A DNA stretch of 37,037 nt, from positions 1-37,037 of the forward strand of contig CAXMSR010000001.1 in NCBI GenBank assembly GCA_964195725.1, written 5' to 3'. The notes below the pieces were generated by a model. It saw only the letters and a program-made list of their open reading frames with translations. It was not told the origin of the DNA and ran no database searches. Source of the stretch: an uncultured Kiloniellaceae bacterium (GTDB lineage Bacteria; Desulfobacterota; Deferrisomatia; Deferrisomatales; BM512). The translations under genes and the position numbers were made by a program. Shown here in pieces: positions 1 through 7,685 of this stretch. Position 1 is the first letter of the stretch; the number at the start of each line of letters is the position of its first letter.

Positions 1-231
1 GTGACGCCCCAAAAAAGGGCGATCGAAAGCCGGGCCGCTCACTGCCGACAAATCACCGCACCGCCAGCAGCTGCATAGAGATAGATCGCTACGGCATGGA
101 TCGACTTCAGCGCAGGCGACGACATAGGGATGTCAGTGTTCTCCCTCGACGGCAACGCTTTTGTGCCCCATTAAAAACCAAAACACCGCAAGTCGGGCAC
201 CTCTCCCAAAAACAATAATAGCAAAACAAAA

Positions 232-258
232 GGGGTTACAGCCAACAGGCGTAACCCC
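232..258 (-). terminator. Intrinsic-terminator-type hairpin downstream of the tRNA-like element (possibly bidirectional)
   Basis: Perfect 8-bp stem GGGGTTAC (232-239) / GTAACCCC (251-258) with an 11-nt loop. On the minus strand it is followed by TTTTGTTTT (complement of 222-231); TTTTG follows on the plus strand. Confidence 0.5.
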
Positions 259-269
259 TTTTGTATATT

Positions 270-375
270 TGGTGCTCGGAGCGAGAATCGAAACCCTTAG
301 CTCCGCGAAAAGTTCCTCTACTCTCTGGTAAGCATCGCCGAGGCGATGCTGAAAGTGCGAGTTCTCATCCGCGCC
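270..375 (-). other. tRNA-Leu 3'-end-derived fragment / tRNA-like structured element; not a functional cloverleaf
   Basis: 270-292 (tggtgcTcggagcgagaatcgaa) matches 426-448 of the tRNA-Leu gene at 22/23 positions (CCA, discriminator, acceptor 3' strand, T-stem 3' strand, T-loop). Similarity stops at the T-stem 5' strand, so no T-arm can form. The rest has an 8-bp hairpin (AGCATCGC-CTCG-GCGATGCT, 332-351), and a 5' GCGCGGA could pair with the 3' TCCGAGC with one mismatch. The element lies between two terminator hairpins. Confidence 0.55.
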
Positions 376-394
376 GACAGGATAAATTAAAAAA

Positions 395-413
395 GCCGCC
401 CCTTTGGGACGGC
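395..413 (-). terminator. Intrinsic terminator after tRNA-Leu
   Basis: Stem GCCGCCCC (395-402) / GGGACGGC (406-413) with one mismatch and a TTT loop. On the minus strand it is followed by TTTTTTAA (complement of 388-394). It sits 12 nt after the tRNA 3' end. Confidence 0.6.
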
Positions 414-425
414 ATTTTTAATTTA

Positions 426-511
426 TGGTGCCCGGAGCGAGAATCGAACTCGCACAGCCTAGGGCCGAGGGATTTTAAGTCCCTTGTGTCTACCAGTTCC
501 ACCATCCGGGC
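426..511 (-). tRNA. tRNA-Leu (anticodon UAA)
   Basis: Reverse complement is GCCCGGATGGTGGAACTGGTAGACACAAGGGACTTAAAATCCCTCGGCCCTAGGCTGTGCGAGTTCGATTCTCGCTCCGGGCACCA. It has acceptor stem GCCCGGA/TCCGGGC, anticodon stem AGGGA/TCCCT with loop CTTAAAA, a long variable arm, T-arm GCGAG-TTCGATT-CTCGC and an encoded CCA. Confidence 0.92.
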
Positions 512-608
512 ACACATTTCACTTCTGAGCGCCGAATGATAGCACAGCTATTGGTGTCGGCGAAGTCTTACACGCGGCGCGGCTGAAAAACTCGCCCCGC
601 CTTGCGCC

Positions 609-1079
609 TTACACTCTCACCAGCAGCACGGGGATGGGGGAACGCTGCATCACCCGCTGGGCGGTGGAGCCCAGGATGATCTCGGTCACCTTGGAGTGGG
701 CGTGTGTGCCCATGACGATGACGTCGGCGCTTACCTCGTTGGCGACCCGCAGGATAGCCTCTTCGGGGCGGCCTTCGGTCACCCTCACCTCTGCAATGTG
801 GCTACGGCTCTTGACGTGCTTGGCGCAAAACTCTTCAAGCCTCATCGAGAGAAGCTCGTGGACTTCGCGCTCGGTTTCACGCCGCATCTCTTCGGCCTGG
901 CCTGCCGCCAGGATAGTGTCGATCATGGCGCGCCCGGTGGGGTTCATCGGCTCTATGGCGTTTACCACCGTCACTTCTCCGTCGTAGCGCTCGGCAAGGC
1001 TTAGGGCGTAGCCAAAGACTTTGGGCGCGTTGGGGCCAAGGCCGGTGGCAAAAAGTATCTTCTTCATTTCCGGCAGCAT
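609..1079 (-). CDS. Universal stress protein (UspA family)
   Basis: ORF 609..1127; the start is placed at the ATG at 1079 (MLPEMKKILFATG...), preceded by GAGGAG with a 6-nt spacer. Usp hallmarks are present: KILFATG, DVIVMGTHAHS, GSTAQRVMQRSPIPVLLV. Confidence 0.85.
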   Translation of the reverse strand: MLPEMKKILFATGLGPNAPKVFGYALSLAERYDGEVTVVNAIEPMNPTGRAMIDTILAAGQAEEMRRETEREVHELLSMRLEEFCAKHVKSRSHIAEVRVTEGRPEEAILRVANEVSADVIVMGTHAHSKVTEIILGSTAQRVMQRSPIPVLLVRV

Positions 1080-1201
1080 TGTTTTCTCCTCTGGGTGCAG
1101 ACCGTTGCGGTGTAGTGAGGATACCACACGGGCGAAATATTGCGATTGCTTAACAATACCTGAAATTAATTACCGCTGAATAATGTCCGATGACGGCGGC
1201 G

Positions 1202-2170
1202 CTACTCCACACGGAAGTGAAAGAGCTTTAATCCCCTGTCGGGCTCGCTCTCGGGAAAGTCGTCCGGCGGTGCCCCGAAAGTTCTCACAAGAGCCGCGTC
1301 GGGCAGCTCATTGGCGAAGACCCCCGTTATAAACGATGGCGGCAGAGTTGGAGAGTTCAGGGCGGCCAGGATGTCGCAGCCGGGGGCGGCGAGCGGAGCC
1401 AACTTTCGCACGAGGCGCGGCCAGTCCTTTACCGCGCCAAAGCTTGCGCCCTGCTGTTCGGGGGGGTCTACGATTATAAGGTCGAAAGGGCCCAGGCGCT
1501 GAAGTTTGCCGAAAGATTTGAAGAGATCGTGGGGCAGAAAAGAGGCTCGTCTCAGCTCAAGCGCGTTGAGCTCGTGGTTGACGCGTCCCGACTTTAACGC
1601 GCCCCGGTTCATGTCGAGGTTTACCACATGGTGCGCCCCGCCAATCAGTGCTGTCACCGAAAAAGAGCAGGTGTAGCAAAAAAGGTTCAGCACCCTGCGA
1701 CCGGGGCAGAGCGTGCGCACCAGCGCGCGGCCAAGCGCCATGTCGAGAAAGAACCCCACGTTTTGCGACGCCCCCAGGCGCAGCTCGTACTTCAAGCCTT
1801 CTTCAACGGCGTAGACTTTTTCGGGAAGCACACCCCACACCGTCTCGCTCGGGGCGTTGGGCTGGTAGCGGCGCTGGACGACTACCGCCTCTAGTTTGTC
1901 ACCCAAGACCGAGCAGAGCGTATCGATCAACCCCGCTACCAGCCGCTCGGCCTCTTTATCAAAGAGCACCGCGAGGGCCACCGGAGAGAACCAATCGACG
2001 GTGAGCGATTCGAGCCCGGAAAAGACCTTGCCGCGACCGTGAAAGAGCCGCCGCGACCGGCCTCCTTCAAGAGGTTCACCGGCCCCCAAGCCCGCCCGGC
2101 GGCCAAGCTCTCTTCGCAACGTCGCCGCAAGAGGAGCAGTATCTAGAAGGGGCATATTTGGGGACATCAC
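1202..2170 (-). CDS. Class I SAM-dependent methyltransferase, RlmI/RlmK-like (no PUA domain)
   Basis: 322-aa ORF with VLNLFCYTCSFSV (SAM-binding motif I region) and IIVDPP (catalytic DPP motif), as in RlmI-type rRNA methyltransferases. Its start overlaps the stop of the upstream ACT gene by 4 nt. Confidence 0.7.
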   Translation of the reverse strand: MMSPNMPLLDTAPLAATLRRELGRRAGLGAGEPLEGGRSRRLFHGRGKVFSGLESLTVDWFSPVALAVLFDKEAERLVAGLIDTLCSVLGDKLEAVVVQRRYQPNAPSETVWGVLPEKVYAVEEGLKYELRLGASQNVGFFLDMALGRALVRTLCPGRRVLNLFCYTCSFSVTALIGGAHHVVNLDMNRGALKSGRVNHELNALELRRASFLPHDLFKSFGKLQRLGPFDLIIVDPPEQQGASFGAVKDWPRLVRKLAPLAAPGCDILAALNSPTLPPSFITGVFANELPDAALVRTFGAPPDDFPESEPDRGLKLFHFRVE

Positions 2171-2457
2171 ACCCGGTGCATGTAGCGAAACACCTCGGCG
2201 TCCTGCACCCTCACGTCCAGCCCCATGTCATTTACCGCCGTGCTCAGCCGCTCGGTAAGCCCGGACAGCGGCATCGGACTGGTCACGCGGTCGGCCAGCA
2301 TCGTCATGGCGAAGATCTCGCCACCGAGTATCTTCTGGTTGATGTCCTCGATATTAACGCCCGTCTCGGCCAGCACCGTGGCTATCTTGGCCACAATGCC
2401 CACCTGGTCGCGCCCGATGACGGTGATGACTATCTTCTTGTGCTGCACTTCGCTCAT
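2167..2457 (-). CDS. ACT-domain protein (UPF0237-like)
   Basis: 96 aa. The pattern IVITVIGRDQVGIVAKIATVLAETGVNIEDINQ matches a single-ACT regulatory domain. AAGGAG lies upstream of the ATG. Confidence 0.75.
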   Translation of the reverse strand: MSEVQHKKIVITVIGRDQVGIVAKIATVLAETGVNIEDINQKILGGEIFAMTMLADRVTSPMPLSGLTERLSTAVNDMGLDVRVQDAEVFRYMHRV

Positions 2458-2475
2458 CTGTCTACTCCTTACAGG

Positions 2476-2565
2476 GCTAATTCTTTAAAATCTAATTCTT
2501 TAAAATCTAACCCTTCAGAATCTAACCCCTTGGAATCCAGCCCTTTAGCATCTAACCCTTTTGAT
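2476..2565. repeat. Six degenerate tandem 15-bp repeats (consensus TCTAAyyCTTTaaAA on the plus strand)
   Basis: Units are at 2476, 2491, 2506, 2521, 2536 and 2551: gctaattctttaaaa / tctaattctttaaaa / tctaacccttcagaa / tctaaccccttggaa / tccagccctttagca / tctaacccttttgat. They fill the gap between the cbiH stop (2552) and the ACT gene RBS. Confidence 0.9.
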
Positions 2566-3295
2566 CCAGCGGATAGCCGCGCGGGGTGACCATTCGCGAA
2601 TTTACGCGACGGGTGGCCGAGTTGCCCACGATCACCACGCTCATCATGTCCACCTCGCACTGCGCCGCCTCGGCCAGGGTGGTCAGGATAACCTGTTGCC
2701 CTTCGCGAAGCGCGTTGCGCACTATCCCCACGGGGATATCGCCCGAGCGGTTGCGCCCCAGAATTTCGCAAGCGCGGTTCAAGTGTGTGACCCGCTTTTT
2801 GCTGCGCGGATTGTAGATAGCCACCACAAAGTCACCGTGGGCGGCTCCTTCGAGCCGCTTTTCTATCACCTCCCACGGTGTAAGCAGGTCCGACAGGATT
2901 ATCACGGCGAAATCGGTCATGAGCGGCGCGCCCAGCACCGAGGCCGCAGCCGACGCCGCAGTCACACCGGGCACCACCTCTACCTCCACCGTGCCTTCGG
3001 GGTCGTGTGCCTCCAACAGCTCCAGCACCAGCCCGGCCATCCCGTAGACCCCGGCGTCGCCGGTAGAGACCACCGCGACGTCGCGCCCGGCCAGCGCCAG
3101 CTCTACCGCGCTCTTGCAGCGGTCTATCTCGCGGGTCATGCCGGTGGAGACGATCTCTTTGCCCTCTACCAGCTCCCCCAGAAGGTCGATGTAGTAGGTG
3201 TACCCCACCACCGTATCTGCCCTCTTTATAGCTTCAACCGCGCGGCCGGTGAAATGCTCGCTGCCGCCCGGCCCGATGCCGACTACAAAAATCAT
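2552..3295 (-). CDS. cbiH: Cobalt-factor III / precorrin-3B C17-methyltransferase CbiH
   Basis: ORF 2552..3409; the start is placed at the ATG at 3295 (MIFVVGIGPGG...), which overlaps the cbiG TAA stop by 1 nt. It has tetrapyrrole methylase motifs VGIGPGG and STGDAGVYGMAG and ends in VTPRGY. Confidence 0.9.
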   Translation of the reverse strand: MIFVVGIGPGGSEHFTGRAVEAIKRADTVVGYTYYIDLLGELVEGKEIVSTGMTREIDRCKSAVELALAGRDVAVVSTGDAGVYGMAGLVLELLEAHDPEGTVEVEVVPGVTAASAAASVLGAPLMTDFAVIILSDLLTPWEVIEKRLEGAAHGDFVVAIYNPRSKKRVTHLNRACEILGRNRSGDIPVGIVRNALREGQQVILTTLAEAAQCEVDMMSVVIVGNSATRRVNSRMVTPRGYPLDQKG

Positions 3296-4383
3296 TATTG
3301 CACTCCCGGCGCGATAAGCGCCAAAGCCGCAGTCCAGATTCCCTGCGATTTTTTCTCCATAATAAGCCGCCCACCGCTCCCCGCAGCGACGAGCGCCGAA
3401 GCCTCGCACACGCTCTGGGTGCCCACGGCCAGCGCCACGCGCGCCGAGGGGTTGGGCACCTCTACTTCTTTTAATTTATCGCCGGAGTAGGTGACGAACT
3501 CCACCCCCAGCCTTTTTGACAACTCCAGCAGCGCGGGCTCTTCTGCTTTGGCGTCCACGCTGGCGAGAACCTGCACGCTCTTGGGCGAATACCCCGCCTC
3601 GGCGACGGCCCCCAGCACCCCGGCGCACACACCCTCTACGTCGGCCTCGCGCCTGCACCCCGCCCCCAGCGCCAGCACCTTGGGCCTTATTATCAGCGCG
3701 TCCCCCAGCTCCAACGCGCGCGGCGTCAGGGCGATCCACGTCTGCCCCGCCTGCACCCTTTCGCGCTCGTCGGTGACGAGCGCTAGGTGCGGCAAGAGCG
3801 GCTCAACTTCGGGCCGGGCTCCAAGGAGCGGATCGACCCACAAATTTACCGGCTCACCATCGGCCCAGTTGGCGTTGACCCTGACCACGGCGCGGGGGTT
3901 CTCCAGTTCAAAGCCGCTGTCTCTGGCCCACACCTCGGCGGCGGGCCGCCCGGCGCTGTCGGTGGCGGTGGTTATAACCGCCTCGCCCCCAAGAGCTTTG
4001 GCGCTGCGCTGCGCCAACTCGTTGGCCCCCCCCAGGTGACCGGAGAGGAGCGACACCGCGTAGCGCCCTTCGGGGTCGAAGACCACCACTGCGGGATCCG
4101 TGGTCTTGTCCTCCAGCAGCGGCGCGATAGAGCGCACGGCTATTCCTGCGGCCATCACCAGAAGAAATCCTCCCGCGCCGTCGCCACCCTGCCACAGCTT
4201 TGCGATGATCTCGGCCACCGGGCACTCGAAGAGGTCGGCGTCTGCGACTGCGTCCTCAAGCCGCTTGGGAAGAAGAAGCGTCGCCCCCAACTCCCTGGAG
4301 ACGAGCTGCGCCGTGCGCGCGCCCCGGCGGGTGAGCGCGATGGCGTAGAGGGGCGAGGGCGCTGCGCCCACGCTGCCGGTCAC
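3295..4383 (-). CDS. cbiG: Cobalt-precorrin-5A hydrolase CbiG
   Basis: 362 aa. It carries N- and C-terminal CbiG signatures (VMAAGIAVRSIAPLL, DPAVVVFDPEGRYAVSLLSGHLGGAN, GAGCRR, SVDAKAEEPALLELS) and sits between cbiF and cbiH. Confidence 0.88.
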   Translation of the reverse strand: MTGSVGAAPSPLYAIALTRRGARTAQLVSRELGATLLLPKRLEDAVADADLFECPVAEIIAKLWQGGDGAGGFLLVMAAGIAVRSIAPLLEDKTTDPAVVVFDPEGRYAVSLLSGHLGGANELAQRSAKALGGEAVITTATDSAGRPAAEVWARDSGFELENPRAVVRVNANWADGEPVNLWVDPLLGARPEVEPLLPHLALVTDERERVQAGQTWIALTPRALELGDALIIRPKVLALGAGCRREADVEGVCAGVLGAVAEAGYSPKSVQVLASVDAKAEEPALLELSKRLGVEFVTYSGDKLKEVEVPNPSARVALAVGTQSVCEASALVAAGSGGRLIMEKKSQGIWTAALALIAPGVQ

Positions 4384-5189
4384 TACTGGCCGCCCTCTTT
4401 GGCTTTTTCGCCGCTCGAAGCCTTGCGATAGCCGTGGGAGAATTCAGGGTCGTAGAGCTTGGAGTATTCCGTCATCTTCAGCCCCAGGAGGCTGGGCCCC
4501 AGGGGCTCGCCCACCAGGATCATCGACTGGCGCTCAAAGCCCGCCTCCACCGTCTTGGCGGCGATGTCGGCCAACGTGCCCCCGACATGGCGCTGGTCGG
4601 GCCAGGAGGCGCGACAGACCACGGCGGCGGGGGTAGCGGCCTTGCGTCCGCCCTTAAGGCACGCCGCTACTACCTCGTCGATCCTGCTCACCGAGAGAAA
4701 GATGCAGAGCGTGGCGCCGGTGGCCGCCAACTTCTCGATCGATTCCGATTCGGGCACCGGGGTACGCCCGGCGATGCGGGTAAAGATCACCGTCTGGGTC
4801 TTTCCGGGCAGCGTCAGTTGGGTCTTCAGCGCGGCGGCAGAAGCAAAGGCGCTAGAGACGCCGGGGATGATGCGGCAGGTAACGCCCGCCTCCAAAAGCG
4901 GCTCAAGCTGCTCTTGAATCGCCCCGTAGAGCGCGGGGTCGCCGGTGTGCAGGCGCACCACTTTTTTGCCCGCAAGCGCCATCATGCAGACCTCGGTGGT
5001 CTCGTCGAGGTTCATGTCGGAGGTGTCGCGCACCAGTTCGGCATTGGGCGCGTACTTTATCAGCTCCGGATTTACCAGGCTCCCGGCGTAGAGCACCACG
5101 TCGGCGCTCCCGAGCGCTCTGTGCCCCGCCAGGGTTATCAGCTCCGGGTCGCCGGGGCCCGCCCCCACAAAGATCACTTCACCGCTCAT
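4383..5189 (-). CDS. cbiF: Cobalt-precorrin-4 C11-methyltransferase CbiF
   Basis: 268 aa with VIFVGAGPGDPELITL, VVRLHTGDPALYGAI and IPGVSS motifs. AGGGGA RBS upstream. Confidence 0.9.
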   Translation of the reverse strand: MSGEVIFVGAGPGDPELITLAGHRALGSADVVLYAGSLVNPELIKYAPNAELVRDTSDMNLDETTEVCMMALAGKKVVRLHTGDPALYGAIQEQLEPLLEAGVTCRIIPGVSSAFASAAALKTQLTLPGKTQTVIFTRIAGRTPVPESESIEKLAATGATLCIFLSVSRIDEVVAACLKGGRKAATPAAVVCRASWPDQRHVGGTLADIAAKTVEAGFERQSMILVGEPLGPSLLGLKMTEYSKLYDPEFSHGYRKASSGEKAKEGGQ

Positions 5190-5232
5190 TTTGTTTCCCC
5201 TGTTTCATGTCGAGCCATGCCCGACCTTAACT

Positions 5233-5256
5233 GTTAATTCAACCGTTAATTCAACC
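5233..5256. repeat. Perfect 12-bp tandem duplication (gttaattcaacc x2)
   Basis: Read directly at 5233-5244 and 5245-5256. It spans the cbiET stop codon (5251-5253) and the cbiET-cbiF gap. Confidence 0.9.
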
Positions 5257-6477
5257 GTCAGCTGCGTCGTCTGCATCCCGTTCGATACAGATAATGCTCA
5301 CCGGGTTTTGCGAAATCTTCATCGTGCCGGTGCCCACCTGCTTGGAGCGCGAACTCACTATCTCCGACCACGAGGCGCGCCAATCGCTAGTGGACGCAGC
5401 CCACTTTAGCGCCTCGTCAAAGGTCTCCTGCAAGACGGTAGTGATAACCACCTTGCCACCGGTCTTTAGCCTTCCGGCCACAAGATCCAGCACCTGGGCC
5501 AACATGCCCCCGCTGCCGCCGATAAAAACGCGGTCGGGGTCGGCCAAAGGCTCCAGCGCCTCTGGCGCGCCGCCCTCCACCGGTACCAGATTGGCGACCT
5601 TTAGCCGCTTGCGATTCTCGACGACGTGGCCAAACGCCTCGGCGTCGCGCTCGACGGCGTATACAGTGAGCGCCGGGGCCAAAAGCGCCGCCTCGATACC
5701 CACCGAGCCCGAGCCCGCGCCCACGTCCCACATAACGCCCTCTCGCGGCAGCAACAAGAGCCCCAGCGCCGCCGCCCGCACTTCGCGCTTGGTGATCCTG
5801 CCGCGCGGATGTGCAAAGAGCTCTTCAGGCAATCCCGGCCCTAGCGGGCGCGTGTCGGCGGCGTCATTTATTAGCACCACCACGTTCATCGACGAGCCCG
5901 TCCAAGCGGCAAAGTCCCCCACCGGGCCGCGCTCAACACTCTCGCCCGCCATCCCGATGTCGCTTACCACCGCCATCTCAAGGCTACCCCACCCAGCGTC
6001 GACGAGAAACCTCGCCACCTTTGCCGGGGTGTTCTTCTCGTCGGTCAAGAGCCCTATTTTGGGCGCGCCCAGCACCTTCGCCAATCCCGCAAAAGGTCTG
6101 CCGTGAAGGCTGGCAAAGCGCGCGTCGGACCACGAGACGCCGAGCATGGCGAACGCCGCCTGCATGGAAGAGACTGCGGGAATGACCTCCAGCTCTCCGG
6201 CGGGGAGTTTGCGACTCAGCAGCGTCGCTATACCGAAAAAGCCGGGGTCGCCGGAAGCGAGAAAGATCGCCTTCAGGGTCGGGTCGGCGGCTACACGGTT
6301 TACCGTTTCGCCCACCCTGCGCTCTACCCCCACCACTTCACCGGTGAAATTTTTTGCCAATACCATATGGCGCTTGGCGACGACGAGCAGATCGGCCCCC
6401 TTGAGCAGCGCCTCGGTCTTTGCGTCCAACACCTCGCAGCCGGGGGCCACCCCGGCGACAATTACGCGCGCGCTCAT
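5251..6477 (-). CDS. cbiET: Cobalt-precorrin-6B/7 methyltransferase-decarboxylase, fused CbiE-CbiT (CobL-like)
   Basis: 408 aa. The N-terminal half is a tetrapyrrole methylase (FLASGDPGFFGI). The C-terminal half is a class I SAM methyltransferase (VMWDVGAGSGSVGIEAA) typical of CbiT. Confidence 0.88.
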   Translation of the reverse strand: MSARVIVAGVAPGCEVLDAKTEALLKGADLLVVAKRHMVLAKNFTGEVVGVERRVGETVNRVAADPTLKAIFLASGDPGFFGIATLLSRKLPAGELEVIPAVSSMQAAFAMLGVSWSDARFASLHGRPFAGLAKVLGAPKIGLLTDEKNTPAKVARFLVDAGWGSLEMAVVSDIGMAGESVERGPVGDFAAWTGSSMNVVVLINDAADTRPLGPGLPEELFAHPRGRITKREVRAAALGLLLLPREGVMWDVGAGSGSVGIEAALLAPALTVYAVERDAEAFGHVVENRKRLKVANLVPVEGGAPEALEPLADPDRVFIGGSGGMLAQVLDLVAGRLKTGGKVVITTVLQETFDEALKWAASTSDWRASWSEIVSSRSKQVGTGTMKISQNPVSIICIERDADDAADG

Positions 6478-7685
6478 TTTTTATCCCCTTCGCCTACGTG
6501 AACCACCACCCGCGCAAGGCACTCTCCAGCATAGCCAAAAAGCACCGCCTGCACCTCGGTGCCGGGTTTGACCTTGCCGCGCATCCTCTCGGCTCCGCGC
6601 TCGGCGACCGTATGGGCGAGAAGCCAAAAGAGCCCCCGATCGCCGTCCTTTACGCGCTGGTATATCTCGCGCGCGGTGTTGGCGTCCAGCGCGCTGTCGC
6701 ACTCTTTTGCCGCAAAGCCCGCCTGCAACATCAGCTTGCGCACCACGTTCAGATCGAGCCTGGAGTCGCGCACATGGGTGGCGAAGTGGCCTCCGGCCAG
6801 CTTGCAGAACTTGGCGAACTGGCCGACGATCACCGCGCCGAGTCCCCGCTCGGCGGTGGCGTCCAGCGCGTAGCCTACGTGGTCGCCCATCAACACGGCG
6901 GCGTTGTCGGCTAAATCCTTAAAGAGCTCTTGCCCCGAGCGCTCGCTGGTGCGCCCGAAAGCCAGGAGCGCGCGGGTAGCGCCGGAGATCTTCGCCATGT
7001 CCAGGCAGGCGTCGATGGTGGCAGTCCACGCAGCGGTGCTCATGGGGATGACGACGCCGGTGGTGCCGAGAATCGAGATTCCGCCGAGGATACCCAGCCG
7101 CGCGTTCATCGTCCGCTTGGCGCGCTCGGCCCCTTCGGGGGCGCTTATCACCACGCGAAAGGCACCTGGGCCGGTAAAGCCCGCTTCGCCGAGCGCCGCA
7201 CGCACCGAAGCCTCTATCATCGACAGAGGTACAGGATTTATCGCGGCGGCTCCCACCGACGGGGCGAGGCCGGGCTTTGTCACTCTGCCCACGCCTTCGC
7301 CGCCAGTTATCTCCACAACTACAGGATCATTGATCCCGGTGGGCCGATCCCCGGCGGGCTCGGTGGGCTCGGTGTGGTCGATGTGGCACGCGCCCGGCAC
7401 CTCGTCGAGCCGGGTAACCAAAGCGCGAATCTCCATGCCGTGAGTGGCGTCGGGGTCGTCACCGCCGTCCTTTATTACCCCACAGGAGGCCCAGCCGTCG
7501 CCGCCCTTGGAGCCGACTACCGCGATCGGCACCTCGGCAGCAGCTGCGCTGCCCCAGGGGAGCAGCAGCGTGATCCGTTCGGGAGCGGGGCCGTATAGAG
7601 AGGCCGTCGCCGCCTTTGCAGCGGCAGCCGCGCACGAACCGGTGGAGTAACCGCGACGAAGTTTGCCCTGTGACATTGAAACCAC
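6474..7685 (-). CDS. cbiD: Cobalt-precorrin-5B C1-methyltransferase CbiD
   Basis: 403 aa with LRRGYSTGSCAAAAAKAA near the N-terminus and GGEGVGRVTKPGL, both CbiD hallmarks. The start is either GTG at 7685 (overlaps the cbiC TAG by 1 nt) or ATG at 7676. The stop overlaps cbiET by 4 nt. Confidence 0.88.
   Translation of the reverse strand: MVSMSQGKLRRGYSTGSCAAAAAKAATASLYGPAPERITLLLPWGSAAAAEVPIAVVGSKGGDGWASCGVIKDGGDDPDATHGMEIRALVTRLDEVPGACHIDHTEPTEPAGDRPTGINDPVVVEITGGEGVGRVTKPGLAPSVGAAAINPVPLSMIEASVRAALGEAGFTGPGAFRVVISAPEGAERAKRTMNARLGILGGISILGTTGVVIPMSTAAWTATIDACLDMAKISGATRALLAFGRTSERSGQELFKDLADNAAVLMGDHVGYALDATAERGLGAVIVGQFAKFCKLAGGHFATHVRDSRLDLNVVRKLMLQAGFAAKECDSALDANTAREIYQRVKDGDRGLFWLLAHTVAERGAERMRGKVKPGTEVQAVLFGYAGECLARVVVHVGEGDKK

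Noticed and set aside
39-125. 28-aa minus-strand ORF (MSSPALKSIHAVAIYLYAAAGGAVICRQ) near the left edge
   Set aside because: It is very short, its SD is distant and weak, and nothing supports it beyond hydrophobicity. It cannot be distinguished from chance in GC-rich DNA.
270-375. Possibility that the first tRNA-like element is a functional long-arm tRNA (Leu/Ser) or tRNA-Sec
   Set aside because: No T-stem 5' strand complementary to CTCGC exists (AGGGT is in its place). No 7-nt anticodon loop presents UCA or a Leu/Ser anticodon with a paired stem. The discriminator is A, not the G expected for tRNA-Sec. Only the 3' 23 nt are tRNA-like.
261-539. 92-aa plus-strand ORF in the track
   Set aside because: It runs antisense across the tRNA-Leu gene, the tRNA-like fragment and two terminator hairpins. 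It has no RBS and a low-complexity translation, so it is an artefact.
2476-2565. Tandem repeats here (and at 5233, 23971 and 35726) considered as a possible CRISPR array
   Set aside because: The units are 11-15 bp and directly abutting with no unique spacers, and no cas genes are in the window. These are simple tandem repeats, not CRISPR.
2561-3490. Long antisense ORFs throughout the window (for example 2561..3490+, 4434..5237+, 5294..6106+, 9678..10715+, 17969..18598+, 20203..20790+, 21797..22465-, 23335..23877-, 23970..24890-, 31952..32665-, 34977..35675-, 36110..36907-)
   Set aside because: Each lies opposite a gene with clear family motifs. The translations are Arg/Ala/Gly/Pro-rich low-complexity sequence, typical of stop-codon-poor antisense frames in high-GC DNA, and no RBS or recognisable motif is present.
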